A stretch of DNA of 64,000 bases, taken from assembly GCA_036390715.1 (NCBI GenBank), contig DASWBG010000115.1, forward strand, positions 13,610 to 77,609. The letters are read 5' to 3'. The position numbers and the translations under genes are program-made. The DNA is from Gemmatimonadaceae bacterium. Lineage in GTDB: Bacteria; Gemmatimonadota; Gemmatimonadetes; Gemmatimonadales; Gemmatimonadaceae. This document shows positions 40,379 through 50,758 of this stretch, piece after piece; positions within the stretch are counted from its first letter, which is position 1, and each line of letters opens with the position of its first letter. Below the pieces are notes generated by a model. It saw nothing but the letters and a program-made list of their open reading frames with translations. It was not told where the DNA came from and ran no database searches.

Positions 40379-40921
40379 CTAGCGTACCCCACCAAACCAG
40401 CGCGTGCGCTTGATCCCCTTCTCGACCAGATCAGGGGGCCCGTATTCCTTGCCGCGCTTCCACATGAAATCCATCTCCTCGTTCACGGCGGCCAGCGCGA
40501 ACCGGGATTCTTTTATCAGCAGGAACGCGGCGTAAAGTAGCAGGCCCGCGCCGATAAGTCCCAGCGCGATCGGAACCACCGTGAACTTGGAGCTCGTGAT
40601 CGCGACCAGGCCGATCGCCACACTCGTGCCCACAAAAAAGGCGAGCGCCGCGTACAGTCGCGACAACGCGCGTTGAAGGAGCCGCGAACGTGTCGTGACG
40701 AAGTCGAGCTGCGTGAACAACATTCGCCGCTCTTCCTCGCGGTCGTCGACGCGCTGGTCAGCGGCACGCGGAATCAGAGCGCTCGAGATCTCTCGTGTGC
40801 GCGTCACCGCTTTGCTCAACCGATCTGATGTCGCAAGGATGAGAGATCCGCAGGCCGAGATGAGCACCGCCGGAGTGATCATCGCGGACAGAACCGAGAT
40901 CGCGTCGGGGAAGTTCGTCAT
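40379..40921 (-). CDS. DUF2721-like membrane protein
   Basis: ITPAVLISACG..RL..R pattern and three hydrophobic helices. Confidence 0.8.
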   Translation of the reverse strand: MTNFPDAISVLSAMITPAVLISACGSLILATSDRLSKAVTRTREISSALIPRAADQRVDDREEERRMLFTQLDFVTTRSRLLQRALSRLYAALAFFVGTSVAIGLVAITSSKFTVVPIALGLIGAGLLLYAAFLLIKESRFALAAVNEEMDFMWKRGKEYGPPDLVEKGIKRTRWFGGVR

Positions 40922-41297
40922 TTCTCTTTCTGACCAAAGCAGAGACTGCGGATCGCCATCGAGAACCCTGAGAGGAAAGCTAGTTGCGCCTCGCTCATTC
41001 CGTGGAGATGGTTCGCGCGAGTCGGACGCACAACAGCGGGGAAGCCAATATGGGCTTGTCGAACACCGGACGCTTCCCCGGCTGATGATATGAAATAGAC
41101 AGTGTGAAGCCCGTGCGCCAATAATCTCCCCGCGAGGCATGTTATGAAACACGCATTGAAGCGTGCGCACGAGGGAAAACCCCGTAAAAAAAACACGCTC
41201 GACAAGGTTCGCAAATTGCTCACCTGATAGTTACTTCAAAAGACTGGGCAGGTCTTCTTTCACAGACTTTTCCGCCCATACGCATAGAGGATTCAAA

Positions 41298-43571
41298 GTG
41301 CACCGCTTGCACGACCGGAAGTCGCTCTCGAAACGACTTCCACTGCTCATTAGTGGACTCCTCATCGCCGCGCTAGCGGCGTTCGCGTTTGTAGGATATG
41401 AGCAGCTGACAAGTGCGCTTACGGCCGCAGCGAACGATCGCGCACAGAGCGCGTCGAAGCTGCTTGCAAGGACCTTCGATACACAGCTCCCACAATTACG
41501 CACAGACCTCAGTGGAACTGCGTCCGATTCCGCCGTCCAGCGATTTCTGCGCACGAATGATCCGCGAGATCGTAACGCGGCGAAGAGCTCGCTTGCCAAT
41601 AAGATTGCAAAGAACTCTCAAGTCATCGGCCTGGAATTGCGCGACAGGCAAGGCAAGCGTTTGCTGTGGATCGACGGACCGGACTCCGCAAAAGCCGCTC
41701 TGTTGCGTGGCGGACACGTCGAATCTGCCCCGCCTAAAGGCATGCTCGCGGGGCGCATCGTCGCCGATCGGGGGGCACTCTTTTATGAATCAACCGCGCC
41801 GATTACGAGGCCTCCGAGCGATACTATCGCAACTCTGGCCCAGTTCAGAGAAGTTGGCTCGGCGCAGTCAGCTAAGCTGATCGCCGGCTTGATCGGTTCC
41901 GACGCGACTTTTCTTATCGGCGACGGAACAGGCGCCTGGAACGACCTTGTGACTGTCGCCACAGGTCCGTCGCTGAATTCAAGAAGCCCGTCAGTCTTGT
42001 CCTATACGGCCTCCGACGGCAGCGCTCGCCTCGGTTCGTGGGCCGTAGTGAGGCAAGCACCTTGGATAGTGTGGGTGGATATTCGGAGGACCTCGATACT
42101 TGCTCCCGCACGACGATTTCTCGGCGTGATGGCGTTGGCTGGGCTCCTGATTCTGATCGTTGGCGCGATCGGGGCGTGGCTGATCGGCCGGCAGATTACG
42201 ACACCACTTCACGACCTGGCGCTTGCAGCGAAGGACATATCTGATGGCGACTACACCCGCAGGGTGGTCGTATCCAGAGAGGACGAGCTGGGTGTACTTG
42301 CCGAATCGTTCAACGAAATGGCGCATGTGATCGAAGATTCGCACCGCGAGCTCGAAGGTCGAATGGCGGCGACTGTTCAGGACCTCACCCGTCAACGGAG
42401 GCTGGAGGACCAACTCGTCCAGGCGCAGAAAATGGAAGCCGTCGGCCAACTGGCGGGAGGCGTGGCGCATGATTTCAACAATCTCCTGACCGTGATCATG
42501 AGTTACAGCTCCATGCTGTTGACGGATATGGGAGCCAATGACGCAGCGAGGGGCGACATTCAGGAGATAAGCGACGCTGCGCAGCGAGCCGCGGCGCTCA
42601 CTCGACAGCTGCTTGCCTTCAGCCGGAAACAGGTTCTGCAGATACGGGCGGTGAATGTCAACGCGGTCGTGACCGACGTTGAGAGAATGCTGCGCCGCCT
42701 CATTGGCGAGGACATCCTGCTCACGACCCATCTCGATCCCGAGCTGGCTCTCATCAACGCCGATCCGGGACAGCTGGAGCAGGTGCTGATCAACCTCGCC
42801 GTCAACGCACGCGACGCCATGCCAGGCGGAGGTGATCTCACGATTACAACCGACAACGCCGAGCTTTCCGACGAACACCGGGAACGCTATATGGGGGCCG
42901 CGCCAGGAGATTACGTCATGCTCGCCGTGACGGACACGGGCAGCGGCATGAGCAAAGAGGTTCAGCAGCGTCTGTTCGAGCCGTTTTATACGACCAAGGG
43001 ACCAGGAAAGGGAACCGGGCTCGGCCTCGCGACTGTGCACGGCATCGTGAAGCAGTCTGGCGGCGATGTCTATGTCTACTCGGAGCTGGGTCACGGTACG
43101 ACCTTCAAGGTCTATTTCCCGCGTCTGACGAAGGCCGAGCCGGTTACGACCATCCCGGAGCATCGGGCGATCGCGCCGAGCGGTTGCGAGACGGTGCTTC
43201 TCGCGGAAGACGACGAAGCGATTCGCACCCTCGGGGCACGAGTGCTCGGGTCGCTCGGCTACAACGTCCTCGTCGCGCGAACCGGCGGGGAGGCTCTCCG
43301 AATCGTCGCCGAGCATAAAGGCCAGATCGATCTAATCGCCACAGACGTCGTAATGCCCGAGATGAACGGAAGTCAGTTGGTCGAGAGAGTCCTCGAGGCT
43401 CGCCCAGGCATGCGGGTGCTATTCATGTCGGGCTACACGGACGACGAGGTGATGCGAAGGGGCGTAATCGACGGGCAAACTGCGTTCTTGCAGAAGCCGT
43501 TTACTCCGGACTTGCTCGCGCATAAGGTGCGAGAGGTGCTCGACATCCCCGCGCCTGACGACGACTCCTGA
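41298..43571 (+). CDS. Membrane hybrid histidine kinase (HAMP-HisKA-HATPase-REC; CckA-like)
   Basis: Two TM helices, [30 protein letters not shown], receiver with TDVVMP and KPF. Confidence 0.94.
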   Translation: MHRLHDRKSLSKRLPLLISGLLIAALAAFAFVGYEQLTSALTAAANDRAQSASKLLARTFDTQLPQLRTDLSGTASDSAVQRFLRTNDPRDRNAAKSSLANKIAKNSQVIGLELRDRQGKRLLWIDGPDSAKAALLRGGHVESAPPKGMLAGRIVADRGALFYESTAPITRPPSDTIATLAQFREVGSAQSAKLIAGLIGSDATFLIGDGTGAWNDLVTVATGPSLNSRSPSVLSYTASDGSARLGSWAVVRQAPWIVWVDIRRTSILAPARRFLGVMALAGLLILIVGAIGAWLIGRQITTPLHDLALAAKDISDGDYTRRVVVSREDELGVLAESFNEMAHVIEDSHRELEGRMAATVQDLTRQRRLEDQLVQAQKMEAVGQLAGGVAHDFNNLLTVIMSYSSMLLTDMGANDAARGDIQEISDAAQRAAALTRQLLAFSRKQVLQIRAVNVNAVVTDVERMLRRLIGEDILLTTHLDPELALINADPGQLEQVLINLAVNARDAMPGGGDLTITTDNAELSDEHRERYMGAAPGDYVMLAVTDTGSGMSKEVQQRLFEPFYTTKGPGKGTGLGLATVHGIVKQSGGDVYVYSELGHGTTFKVYFPRLTKAEPVTTIPEHRAIAPSGCETVLLAEDDEAIRTLGARVLGSLGYNVLVARTGGEALRIVAEHKGQIDLIATDVVMPEMNGSQLVERVLEARPGMRVLFMSGYTDDEVMRRGVIDGQTAFLQKPFTPDLLAHKVREVLDIPAPDDDS

Positions 43572-43615
43572 TCGGACATTTCACCAGGCGAGCGTGATCG
43601 TCTTGGCCGAGCTGA

Positions 43616-44173
43616 TCACCTTCGCTTGTGACTGGTCGCGGCTCGCTCTTGGCTCAGTCGGAGTTGCCGTGCAGGGCTGCTGATTGACACGGAGAGCCGC
43701 CTCAAGGTATCGAGCGATGTAATGGCCGCCATGCCGAATACGGATCCCTCCCTCGCCCAGCTTCCGATCACGTCGTTGGTCAGCTGCGGTCGTCCCGATG
43801 GCCTCGCTTGCTTGTTGCCCACAATCCGAGGGAGCGGAGGACCCCAGCGCGTCGTGAACCAGTTTTCCAGCGAATCTCTGTCAGCACGCGTGCCGATTCG
43901 CATCTGAAGTGTCATCTCCTCCAGGCGCCGCGGCACCGGACTGAAATAGAGACTTGCGTACCCTCGCCCACGATTCGTCTGGCAGAACATAGTTCTCGTG
44001 TCCTTGCCCACGCACACCAACGGTCGGCCTATCTGCATCTTCGTGAGGGCGCTGGCGCTGTCCAGCGAAATGCCGAGCGCCCATCCGTGGTATGAGAGGG
44101 GGCGTTGCTGGCGTTGGGCTCCCATCAGCGCGGGAAATGAAATCGCCGCGTAGACGACGCGAACCATCTTCAT
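43616..44173 (-). CDS. Hypothetical secreted protein
   Basis: ORF from ATG 44173 with a signal-like N-terminus; no family recognised. Confidence 0.55.
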   Translation of the reverse strand: MKMVRVVYAAISFPALMGAQRQQRPLSYHGWALGISLDSASALTKMQIGRPLVCVGKDTRTMFCQTNRGRGYASLYFSPVPRRLEEMTLQMRIGTRADRDSLENWFTTRWGPPLPRIVGNKQARPSGRPQLTNDVIGSWAREGSVFGMAAITSLDTLRRLSVSISSPARQLRLSQERAATSHKRR

Positions 44174-44272
44174 TCCTGAATAATGAGGCCGCGGCCTGAG
44201 GTGTGATAGTCGCTCTTGCCTTTCTTGGGCCGCGTTGCTCCCTTTAAGCACTAACTCCACGAGAACCCGGAC

Positions 44273-44461
44273 ATGGATGACAAGAAGATCGCGGCGCTGG
44301 CAAAAAAGAACGCCGCCAAAGCGGCCAAATCGAGCGGACGAAAAGGCTTCGGCAAAAAATACGACAAGAATCTTGCCGACTTGCCGACCGACGAAGCGAC
44401 GCTGAAAGAACGACAGGAGCACGAGCGCTTCTTCAAGGAGATGCGCAAGCGGGAGTTCTGA
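44273..44461 (+). CDS. Small basic hypothetical protein (62 aa)
   Basis: Lys/Ala-rich helical ORF with coding-like codon use filling an intergenic gap. Confidence 0.65.
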   Translation: MDDKKIAALAKKNAAKAAKSSGRKGFGKKYDKNLADLPTDEATLKERQEHERFFKEMRKREF

Positions 44462-44538
44462 TTCAAGTCAGGCCCCGGCCATCGGAGAGTCGAGTGGTGG
44501 ATTCCGCCTAAACAGAAAACTCTGAACAGGAGAGCCGG

Positions 44539-45213
44539 ATGATTGCTTCGCGATCTGTCGTCCTCGTCGCGCTGGTGTTAACCGCCGCTGATCTGGGCGC
44601 GCAGGGCCAACCAATTCCCGCCAGGCCGCCCGCGCCGGCCACTCAGCCAGCCCAGCCGGCGCCACGAATTCCCAGAGCTACCGCAAGCACGCGCGCATCC
44701 GTGGCAGTACTCATCGACAGCCGGTGGGACAGGCTGGAAGGAGGATGGTTCGGCGCCCTGAATTTGGCGGGGCCCGCCAAAATCGCCATCGATTACGGCC
44801 AGCCGCATTTGCGTGGTCGAAGTGTCATCGGGATGCCTGGTGTGGTTCCGTGGGACAGCGTCTGGCGCACGGGCGCCAACATGTCCACCCAGCTCAGCAC
44901 CGAAGTCGACCTGACACTCGGGAACACCTTTATTCCACGCGGGATCTACACGCTCTTCTCGCTCCCCACACGCAATGGCTGGAAGCTCGTCGTGAGCAAG
45001 CAGGTGTTGCAGTGGGGCACTGACTACGATCCGACCCAGGATTTCGCGCGCATCGATCTCCGATCGCGCTCGTTGGCGGAGCCCATCGAAAGCCTCACCT
45101 TCTGGCTCGTGCCCGCCATCGAGAATCCTCCTTCGACGACTTTTCCACACGGCGTCCTGAAGTTCGCGTGGGGGAACACCGAGCTCTCGACGGATTGGCG
45201 GGTCGGTCGCTAG
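44539..45213 (+). CDS. DUF2911-family secreted protein
   Basis: YGQPHLRGR, WRTGAN, GIYTL, QWGTDY, FAW motifs. Confidence 0.85.
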   Translation: MIASRSVVLVALVLTAADLGAQGQPIPARPPAPATQPAQPAPRIPRATASTRASVAVLIDSRWDRLEGGWFGALNLAGPAKIAIDYGQPHLRGRSVIGMPGVVPWDSVWRTGANMSTQLSTEVDLTLGNTFIPRGIYTLFSLPTRNGWKLVVSKQVLQWGTDYDPTQDFARIDLRSRSLAEPIESLTFWLVPAIENPPSTTFPHGVLKFAWGNTELSTDWRVGR

Positions 45214-45857
45214 GGATTTGTTTCAAGGCTCGCTTCGAACCCGGGACGCGCGTTTCTTTTCGCCCTGGTTCCGAGTCGAGACGGATGTGAAACCGGAATG
45301 TAGGTGAGCTCGACGCCCGAGGTGGCGCGCTGCAGCAGCATTCCGCCGCGTGCCATGTCGCCGTGTCCGAGGAACTCGCGCGGGAAGAGGAGCCGGGCTC
45401 CGAAGATTGGCTCAAGGACGTCCACGTACTTGCCGGTCGCAATGCTCCCGAGCAGAACGACCTCACACTTCGCACCGATTTTGGCCGCCAGCGTCTCGGC
45501 GTCGCGCTCCAGCGGCAGCCTGTAGCGTTCTTCGTCAGCGTCGATCGGCACGGTCGCGAAGCGCTCCAGGTCCCTGAGCGTGACCATTGCCGCCGGTGAG
45601 CAGATCCCATCCGTCGAGGTAATAAGGTGAACCCCTGAGGCGCATCGCGGCGGAGGCTCTTCGAAAATCCGGGCGTAAGTCAGTTTGCCCCTGAAATAGA
45701 GTCCGCTCAGGAAGCTGAACACCTCGCCCAGTGGTGCCCCCGCTTCGGTCCGGACCCTTCTGGCGAGTTCGAAGTCGGCTCGGTCATTGAAAAGCAGCGC
45801 GGCGCGCTTGCCGCTGGAGCTTGCGGGCGAGAGCAGGAAGATTCGACGAGGTTGCAT
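45210..45857 (-). CDS. Hypothetical protein (possible YaaA/DUF6884-like fold)
   Basis: IFLLSPA, SGLYF, VVLLGS..KY, P..FLG motif order. Confidence 0.7.
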   Translation of the reverse strand: MQPRRIFLLSPASSSGKRAALLFNDRADFELARRVRTEAGAPLGEVFSFLSGLYFRGKLTYARIFEEPPPRCASGVHLITSTDGICSPAAMVTLRDLERFATVPIDADEERYRLPLERDAETLAAKIGAKCEVVLLGSIATGKYVDVLEPIFGARLLFPREFLGHGDMARGGMLLQRATSGVELTYIPVSHPSRLGTRAKRNARPGFEASLETNP

Positions 45858-45945
45858 AATCGGAAGTCAAGCAAATCTTTCGCCGCGCTTACAGAGAGAG
45901 GCGCCGGGGCGTCGGGATCGTTAGAATTCGAGAGGGGGATATTTC

Positions 45946-47085
45946 ATGGCCAAGAACAGATTACAAGACCTTCACGACATCGGCCAATCGATCTGGCTCG
46001 ACAGCATCGATCGCAGGATACTGCACGATGGCGAGCTGGATCGCCGTATCCGCGAAGATGCGCTCACCGGAATGACGTCGAATCCGACGATTTTTCAGAA
46101 GGCGTTGGCGTCGAGCAATGCTTACGACGACCAGATCATCGAGGCCGAGCAAAAGGGCCCCACGACGTGGCAGCTCTTCGAGCTGCTCGAGACCACTGAT
46201 GTGCGCGACGCCTGCGACCATTTCGCGGCCGTCTACAGCTCGACGCGCGGAGGCGATGGCTACGTCTCGATCGAAGTGTCACCGGGAGTCTCGCACAGCG
46301 CCGATGCCACCATCGAAGAGGCGCGACGTCTCTGGAAGACGGTCGATCGTCCGAACGTGATGGTGAAAGTCCCCGGGACAGCGGAAGGCGCCGTTGCGGT
46401 CCGCCGTCTCATTGCAGAAGGGATCAACGTCAACATCACGCTTCTCTTCGCGATCCAGGCGCACGAGCGGGTGATCGAGGCGTACATGGCCGGCCTCGAA
46501 GATCGCGTCAAGGCGCGCCAGCCGATCGATGGGCTGGCATCTGTCGCCAGTTTCTTCGTGAGCAGAGTCGACACTGAAATCGACAAGCGTCTCGATGCTC
46601 TGATCGCCAAGGCTTCGCCGCCGGAGAAAGAAAGGCTCAAGATGCTCAAGGGCCGCGCTGCCATTGCGAACGCAAAGCTCGCGTACCGGTTGTTCAGGCA
46701 GAAGTTCGCCGGACCCCGTTGGGAAGCGCTCGTCAAGCAGGGAGCGCGTGTGCAGCGTCCGCTCTGGGCGAGCACGAGCACCAAGAACCCCGAGTACCGC
46801 GACGTGATGTATGTCGAAGAGCTGATCGGCCCGGATACGGTCGACACGATGCCGCCCGCCACGATCGAGGCGTTCCGTGATCACGGAGTCGTCGAGAAGA
46901 CGGTCGACAGGAAAGTCGCGGCGGCGGAAGGCCTGCTCAAGGAGATCGAGGCGGTTGGAATATCGATGAAGGATGTCACCGAGAAGCTCCTGGTCGAAGG
47001 AATTGCCAGCTTTCAGAAATCTTTTGACGAGCTCATCGGCGGGCTCGAAGCGAAGATCGGCTCACTCGCACCTGGCGGGAAGTGA
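45946..47085 (+). CDS. tal: Transaldolase
   Basis: SIWLD, TSNPTIF, VSIEV, VKVP, NITLLF, SFFVSR, LWASTSTK. Confidence 0.96.
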   Translation: MAKNRLQDLHDIGQSIWLDSIDRRILHDGELDRRIREDALTGMTSNPTIFQKALASSNAYDDQIIEAEQKGPTTWQLFELLETTDVRDACDHFAAVYSSTRGGDGYVSIEVSPGVSHSADATIEEARRLWKTVDRPNVMVKVPGTAEGAVAVRRLIAEGINVNITLLFAIQAHERVIEAYMAGLEDRVKARQPIDGLASVASFFVSRVDTEIDKRLDALIAKASPPEKERLKMLKGRAAIANAKLAYRLFRQKFAGPRWEALVKQGARVQRPLWASTSTKNPEYRDVMYVEELIGPDTVDTMPPATIEAFRDHGVVEKTVDRKVAAAEGLLKEIEAVGISMKDVTEKLLVEGIASFQKSFDELIGGLEAKIGSLAPGGK

Positions 47086-48494
47086 CCGGCATCTACACCC
47101 CCCGCACGAAGATCGTCTGCACGCTTGGGCCCTCGACCTCGACCGATGACGCGATCCGCGGCCTGATCGAGGCGGGGATGAACGTCGCCCGCGTGAACTT
47201 CTCTCACGGGACACACGAGCAGCACGCAGCGACGATTGCGCTGGTTCGGCAACTCGCGAACGAGGCAGGAAAGCCGATCGCGATCCTGGGCGACCTGCAG
47301 GGACCACGAATCAGGATCGGCGATCTCGCGAGGCCGAGAACGCTCAGGGTGGGCGAAGACGTAGTGCTCGTGCACGAGGGTGAGGAGAAAGACGGTGAGA
47401 TTCCCGTCACCTACGACCAGCTCGCGCATGACGTTCGCGTCGGCGACAGAATCCTCATCGACGATGGACTGCTCGAGCTCGTCGCTCTCGATGTTGCGAA
47501 TGCGCGCGTAAAAGCGCGCGTGCTGAACGGCGGCGAGCTGAAAAGCCACAAGGGGTTGAACCTTCCGGGCGTTCAGGTCTCGGCTCCATCGATCACGGAA
47601 AAGGACGAGGCCGACATTCGCTTCGCGGTGAATCAAGAGGTGGACTACCTCGCGCTCAGCTTCGTAAGGCGCGCGGAGGACATCGAATCTCTGCGCAAAA
47701 TGATTCCGAAGTGGCTGTTGGTTGTCGCGAAGATCGAGAAGGATGTCGCCCTCCAGAACATCGAGGCCATCGTGCGCGCCAGCGATGCGGTGATGGTTGC
47801 GCGTGGTGATCTTGGGGTCGAGCTCCCATTCGAAGCCGTACCAGGCGCGCAGAAGAGAATCATTCGCCTTGCGAACAAGTATGGCCGGCCGGTCATCACC
47901 GCGACGCAGATGCTGGAGTCGATGATCGAGCATCCGCGCCCTACTCGCGCGGAAGCCAGCGACGTCGCCAACGCGATCATGGACGGAACTGACGCGGTGA
48001 TGCTCTCCGCCGAAACCGCTGCGGGAGCTTATCCGCGTCTCGCGGTCGAGGCGATGACGCGAATCATCAAGGAGATCGAGACTCATCCACCCGTCGCTCC
48101 TTTCTCTGGCGCGGAGCAGGGCGATGGAGTAGTGACGACCGAAGTCGCAATTGCCGCCGCGACGGTCGCGGCGGTCGGCATGCTGGGCGCTCCTCTCGTC
48201 GTGGTCTTCACCAAGAGCGGGTTTTCAGCACGCGTCGTCGCGTCGAAGCGGCCACCGGTTCCGATCCTGGCGCTCACCGACGAAGAACGGACGTACCGGC
48301 AGCTCGCTCTCGTATGGGGTGTGGTGCCAGCGCTGGTGCCGCACTGCGCCGACTACGACGAGATGATGGAGCAGACAAAGAGCGTCGTAGTACAAAGAGA
48401 GCTGGCGTCGAATGGAGACCGCATCATCGTCACCGCGGGTGTGCCGTTCGACCTGCCCGGGACCACCAATTTGCTCAAGGTGGAGATCGTCTGA
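47082..48494 (+). CDS. pyk: Pyruvate kinase
   Basis: TKIVCTLGP, NFSHG, AKIE, MVARGDLG, TATQMLESM, PTRAE. Confidence 0.98.
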   Translation: MTGIYTPRTKIVCTLGPSTSTDDAIRGLIEAGMNVARVNFSHGTHEQHAATIALVRQLANEAGKPIAILGDLQGPRIRIGDLARPRTLRVGEDVVLVHEGEEKDGEIPVTYDQLAHDVRVGDRILIDDGLLELVALDVANARVKARVLNGGELKSHKGLNLPGVQVSAPSITEKDEADIRFAVNQEVDYLALSFVRRAEDIESLRKMIPKWLLVVAKIEKDVALQNIEAIVRASDAVMVARGDLGVELPFEAVPGAQKRIIRLANKYGRPVITATQMLESMIEHPRPTRAEASDVANAIMDGTDAVMLSAETAAGAYPRLAVEAMTRIIKEIETHPPVAPFSGAEQGDGVVTTEVAIAAATVAAVGMLGAPLVVVFTKSGFSARVVASKRPPVPILALTDEERTYRQLALVWGVVPALVPHCADYDEMMEQTKSVVVQRELASNGDRIIVTAGVPFDLPGTTNLLKVEIV

Positions 48495-49270
48495 AGCTTA
48501 CCTTCCTGGGGACAGGAACCAGCTTTGGCATCCCGCAGATCGGATGCGCGTGCGAAGTGTGCAGGTCGACAGACCCCCGGGACAAGCGAAGCCGCGTCGG
48601 CGCGCTGGTCGCGACGGATGGAGGTACGCACATCCTCATCGATACCCCGCCCGAGCTGCGTCTTCAACTGATCGCCGCGGGCGTAAGCACAGTCGACGCC
48701 ATTTTATTCACACACGATCATGCGGATCACGTCCACGGAATCGACGATATCCGCGCACTCTCCGACCGGAGCGATGGTCCCATCGAGATGTACGGGCCGC
48801 CCGATTCGATGGCGAGACTGGCCAAGCGTTTTGCCTACATCTTCGACGATTCCATCAAGGCACTCCCCGGGACGAGCAAACCCGAAGCGCGCTCCCACCC
48901 GGTTCTTCCGGGGCAAACCTTTCGGATCGGAGACGTGGATGTCACGCCAGTGTCCATTCCACACGGCCCGATCTCCGTTTATGGGTACCGCATCGGCAAT
49001 CTTGGATACATCACCGACGCGAAGGAACTGCCGGAAGATGCGGTGCGCGCCTTTCGCGGGGTCGATGTCCTCGTCCTCAACGCGTTGTTCCGCAAGCCGC
49101 ACCCGACGCATTTGAGCGTGTCGGAGGCTGTGAGTGCCGCGCAGAAGATTGGCGCGCGCGAGACCTGGCTCACGCATCTCACGCATCGCACCGGTCACGC
49201 CGAATTGGAGGCTGAGCTGCCGCGCGGTATCGCTCCTGCATTCGACGGACTGACCGTACACGTCAATTGA
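48491..49270 (+). CDS. MBL-fold metallo-hydrolase (PhnP-like)
   Basis: FLGTGTSFG, CxCxxC, THDHADH. CTG start overlaps the pyk stop. Confidence 0.9.
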   Translation: MKLTFLGTGTSFGIPQIGCACEVCRSTDPRDKRSRVGALVATDGGTHILIDTPPELRLQLIAAGVSTVDAILFTHDHADHVHGIDDIRALSDRSDGPIEMYGPPDSMARLAKRFAYIFDDSIKALPGTSKPEARSHPVLPGQTFRIGDVDVTPVSIPHGPISVYGYRIGNLGYITDAKELPEDAVRAFRGVDVLVLNALFRKPHPTHLSVSEAVSAAQKIGARETWLTHLTHRTGHAELEAELPRGIAPAFDGLTVHVN

Positions 49271-49271
49271 G

Positions 49272-50648
49272 ATGACGCTGAAACTCGATTACTCCAACAT
49301 GATGATCTCGCCCGGCGGGATCGACCAGAGAACGTGGACTGCTGCCGGAAAGCAGTTCGCGGACGCGAAACGCGCGTTCGATTCGCTGCGAGCAACTGGC
49401 ACGGTTGGGTTCGTCGATCTGCCGGCCGATAAGACGCTGCTCGACCAGGTTACGAGATTCTCCGCGGCGGCCCGCGGCAAGTACGACGACGTGGTGATCC
49501 TGGGCATCGGTGGGTCGGCGCTCGGCCCCATTGCCTTGCGCACCGCACTCCGCCCAAGCGGCTGGAACATGGTCGATGAAAAAGCACGAGGCGGCTACCC
49601 ACGGCTCAACGTCCTCGACAACGTCGATCCCGAGACGATCGCCGCGCTTCTGGGACGTCTTCAGCTCGCTCGCACACTGTTCATCGTCACATCCAAATCG
49701 GGTGGGACGGCCGAGACGATGGCGCAGTTCCTCATCGTGCACGACCGAATCACGTCGGCAAAGCTGGACGTCGCGAAGCACCTGGTCTTCGTCACCGACC
49801 CCAGGCAAGGTGCGCTGCGGCCGTTGGCAGAGCGCCTGAAGGTGCCGGCGCTCGACATTCCGCCGAGCGTGGGCGGACGCTTCAGTGTGCTGACTCCCGT
49901 CGGGACCTTGCCCGCAGCGCTCATCGGCATCGACGTGCCGTCTCTTCTTTCCGGTGCTGGTGAGATGGCCAGGCGTTGTGCCGGCGCCGAGCTTGGGGCG
50001 AACCCTGCTGGCGTGTACGCGATTCTACAGTGGCTCTCCGACACGCAGCTGAAAAAATCGATTGCGGTCTTCATGCCGTACTCTGATCCATTGCGCGATT
50101 TTGCCGCCTGGTTCGTGCAGCTCTGGGCCGAGAGTCTGGGAAAGAAGCGGCCGGACGGCACGTCCGTGGGATCCACGCCGCTCGCAGCACTCGGTGCGAC
50201 GGACCAGCACGCGCAGGTGCAGCTGTTCATGGAAGGGCCGGCGGACAAGACCGTGACGTTCGTCGCTGTGAAGGAGCGGGCGACTGACGTCAAGATTCCG
50301 GCAGCTTTTTCGGACGTAAAAGAGCTCGGCTATCTCGCCGGCCATTCCCTGGGCGAGCTGATCGACATCGAGCAGCGCGCCACCGCCGGAGCGCTGGCGC
50401 GGCGTGGAAGGCCGAACATGACGATTCATCTCGACCGCGTGGATGCAGGGCACGTCGGCCAGCTGATGATGCTGCTCGAGATCGCAACGGCCTACGCTGG
50501 ACAGCTGTACGGGATAGACGCCTTCAACCAGCCGGGCGTGGAGCTCGGAAAACAGTTCGCCTACGCCCTGCTGGGGCGGCCGGGCGCGGACGCCGCAAAA
50601 AAGGAGTGGGACTCGCTGCCAAAGAGCGATGCGCGATGGACGGTCTGA
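49272..50648 (+). CDS. pgi: Glucose-6-phosphate isomerase
   Basis: GIGGSALG, SKSGGTAET, VGGRFS, QLWAESLGK, DQH, NQPGVE.GK. Confidence 0.96.
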   Translation: MTLKLDYSNMMISPGGIDQRTWTAAGKQFADAKRAFDSLRATGTVGFVDLPADKTLLDQVTRFSAAARGKYDDVVILGIGGSALGPIALRTALRPSGWNMVDEKARGGYPRLNVLDNVDPETIAALLGRLQLARTLFIVTSKSGGTAETMAQFLIVHDRITSAKLDVAKHLVFVTDPRQGALRPLAERLKVPALDIPPSVGGRFSVLTPVGTLPAALIGIDVPSLLSGAGEMARRCAGAELGANPAGVYAILQWLSDTQLKKSIAVFMPYSDPLRDFAAWFVQLWAESLGKKRPDGTSVGSTPLAALGATDQHAQVQLFMEGPADKTVTFVAVKERATDVKIPAAFSDVKELGYLAGHSLGELIDIEQRATAGALARRGRPNMTIHLDRVDAGHVGQLMMLLEIATAYAGQLYGIDAFNQPGVELGKQFAYALLGRPGADAAKKEWDSLPKSDARWTV

Positions 50649-50758
50649 GGCTTAACGAATATCAAAGCCGGTAGTCTTCGGTTAATTTCATTCCTCAGGC
50701 CGGGCACGCCGCGGGACGTCTTGCGGCACCCCTAAACCCAAACGAGTTTCTGACATAA

